DNA from: SAR202 cluster bacterium
GTDB lineage: Bacteria; Chloroflexota; Dehalococcoidia; UBA6926; VFHL01
Assembly: GCA_009392005.1 (NCBI GenBank)
Contig: VFHL01000006.1
Span: forward strand, 10,671-74,670
Direction of reading: 5' to 3'
DNA length: 64,000 nt
Made by a program: the position numbers and the translations under genes. Under the pieces are notes generated by a model. That model made no database searches, was not told the origin of the DNA, and saw nothing but the letters and a program-made list of their open reading frames with translations. Below, piece after piece: positions 62,526 to 64,000 of this stretch. Numbering within the stretch: position 1 is the first letter of the stretch; each line of letters starts with the position of its first letter.

Positions 62526-63305
62526 ATGCACATACTGATAAGTAACGATGACGGGGTAAATGCGCCAGGAATTTGGAACCTTGTCAATGCACTGAAAGAT
62601 TTGGGCAAGATCACTGTTGTTGCTCCAGATCGCGAACAAAGTGGAGCAAGTTCCAGCATCACCCTGCATAACCCATTGAGGGTCACCAAGATGCCTCGAG
62701 AAGACATTGCAACCTATACTGTAGATGGGACACCCTCGGATGCTGTGATCGTCGGGATTGGCCATATCTTGTATAAACAAAAAATCGACCTTGTTGTATC
62801 TGGGATCAATAGTGGTTCAAATATGGGAAGTGATCTTCTTTATTCGGGAACCGTTGGAGCCGCTTTGCAAGGTCATCACATGCGAATCCCAGCCCTATCT
62901 CTCTCCGTAACGTCAGTCCGTGAACCACGATTTGATATTGCAGCGTCATTAGCAAAGACACTTGCACCCTTAATGGTGGAGCAACGTCTATTTCGGCAGA
63001 TCTTACTGAATGTTAATGTACCGAGCGAACCACTCGACAAGCTGGAAGGAATCGAAATTACCCGAGTTGCAAAGACACGGTTCGGTTTCCGGACAAAAAA
63101 GGGAGATGATGGACGACGCGAGTTTGTATGGATAACCCGAAACAACCGATGGGCCCGATATCAACCTGAAGAAGGAACTGATGTTTGGGCGGTAAAAAAC
63201 AAACGTATCTCAATGACACCTATCTGGACGGATATCACCCACACTGAAACGTTGCCACGGCTTAACCGAATCCAAAGCGCAGCACGAAATGCCTTAGACC
63301 TCTAA
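62526..63305 (+). CDS. surE: 5'/3'-nucleotidase SurE
   Basis: MHILISNDDGVNAPGI N-terminal metal-binding motif. Confidence 0.92.
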   Translation: MHILISNDDGVNAPGIWNLVNALKDLGKITVVAPDREQSGASSSITLHNPLRVTKMPREDIATYTVDGTPSDAVIVGIGHILYKQKIDLVVSGINSGSNMGSDLLYSGTVGAALQGHHMRIPALSLSVTSVREPRFDIAASLAKTLAPLMVEQRLFRQILLNVNVPSEPLDKLEGIEITRVAKTRFGFRTKKGDDGRREFVWITRNNRWARYQPEEGTDVWAVKNKRISMTPIWTDITHTETLPRLNRIQSAARNALDL

Positions 63306-63363
63306 TCGTCACCCTTGTAAACCTTGTCCATGCTGCAGCTTGCTGCTACTCTTTCCCACGTGT

Positions 63364-63439
63364 GGGGATATAGCTCAGTTGGGAGAGCGCGGCGTTCGCA
63401 ATGCCGAGGTCGGGGGTTCGAATCCCCCTATCTCCACCA
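63364..63439 (+). tRNA. tRNA-Ala (anticodon CGC)
   Basis: 76 nt: acceptor GGGGAUA/UAUCUCC with G3:U70, anticodon loop UUCGCAA, TPsiC GGTTCGAATCC, encoded CCA. Confidence 0.9.
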
Positions 63440-63561
63440 AACTCATTCAGTTCCTCTTGAAATGCACCTTTTTACCTTGACAATCCTTATGTCAACCTTC
63501 TAAACTACGCATAACTGTTTACATCCTCGTAAAGGTCGCATGAAGAGACGGGAGAAATGTT

Positions 63562-64000
63562 ATGGATTTTGGTGTTGTTTATACCCAAGAACAGGAACTA
63601 TTCCGCAAAGAAGTACGAGCTTGGCTAGAGGACAACGTTCCCGAGGAAATGAAAGTCCCTTACGATGAAGCGAACTATACCTCGGAGATGCACGAGTTCT
63701 GGAAGCAGAAGCAGAATGAGCTCGGTAAAAAAGGGTGGCTGTTTTCCACATACAAGGAAGAGGATGGCGGAGGTGGTCTATCACCAGACCATCGATCCGT
63801 TATTGAAGAAGAATTCAGAGAGTACCGTGCAATGCGACCCATAACATCAACTTACACTGTTGACGTCCTCTCTGTTTGGGCCAACGACGACCAAAAAGAT
63901 AAATTCCTTCGCCCACTACTCCAAGGCGAAAAATTTGAACATATGCGCATGACAGAACCTCATTCAGGTGCCGATCTAGCAGATTATCGTGGAAAGGCTG
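63562..64000 (+). CDS. acyl-CoA dehydrogenase family protein, N-terminal part (runs off the window end)
   Basis: ATG at 63562 with GGGAGAA SD. MDFGVVYTQEQELFRKEVRAWLEDN... is a typical ACAD N-terminal helical domain. No stop lies inside the window. Confidence 0.7.
   Translation, partial: MDFGVVYTQEQELFRKEVRAWLEDNVPEEMKVPYDEANYTSEMHEFWKQKQNELGKKGWLFSTYKEEDGGGGLSPDHRSVIEEEFREYRAMRPITSTYTVDVLSVWANDDQKDKFLRPLLQGEKFEHMRMTEPHSGADLADYRGKA

Noticed and set aside
1-64000. Mobile elements, CRISPR, toxin-antitoxin or defence islands
   Set aside because: I found no transposase, integrase, Cas, restriction or TA-like ORFs, and no repeat-spacer arrays anywhere in the window.

Overview
This 64-kb window is dense bacterial chromosomal core sequence with strand-switching operons. 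GC looks mid-40s % by eye. I found no CRISPR array, transposase, integrase or phage genes. The main blocks are as follows. (1) rplT-rpmI-infC and a tRNA-Ala on the minus strand. (2) A minus-strand pyrimidine operon in the order pyrR-pyrB-pyrC-carA-(unknown ORF)-carB-pyrK, with a PyrR attenuator leader, while pyrD sits 42 kb away. (3) nadK, an ArgA-like GNAT and a Nudix gene. (4) A non-classical succinate dehydrogenase, sdhA-sdhB plus a CCG-domain (HdrB-like) third subunit. (5) Four tandem paralogous HSD17B4/MFE-2-type SDR genes. (6) mdh and an acyl-CoA carboxylase carboxyltransferase. (7) A PduO adenosyltransferase, hisH and hisA, convergent with an 800-aa protein made of two fused family-III (CaiB/BaiF) CoA-transferase domains. 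(8) uvrD/pcrA. (9) rpoB and rpoC. (10) pyrD, gatC and gatA. (11) An Lrp regulator plus aminotransferase. (12) An ABC-2 exporter. (13) An operon of a DmpA/P1-family aminopeptidase, a DUF2520 (PanG-like) reductase, panD, panB and panC. (14) An unusual degenerate-Nudix plus eIF-2B-like fusion protein immediately upstream of surE. (15) A second tRNA-Ala and the start of an acyl-CoA dehydrogenase. Several of the longest ORFs in the supplied track over-extend the true N-termini (pyrB, carA, carB, sdhB, rpoB, the ABC ATPase, the CaiB fusion). I corrected those from conserved N-termini, Shine-Dalgarno sequences and start/stop overlaps. The paralog expansions (SDR, CaiB, acyl-CoA DH), the type-E SDH and the large beta-prime suggest a marine Chloroflexota/SAR202-like organism, but that is an inference only. 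The best candidates for something previously undescribed are the Nudix/eIF-2B pseudoenzyme-like fusion next to surE, the aminopeptidase-linked pantothenate operon, the unknown gene wedged between carA and carB, and the single-chain double CaiB protein.
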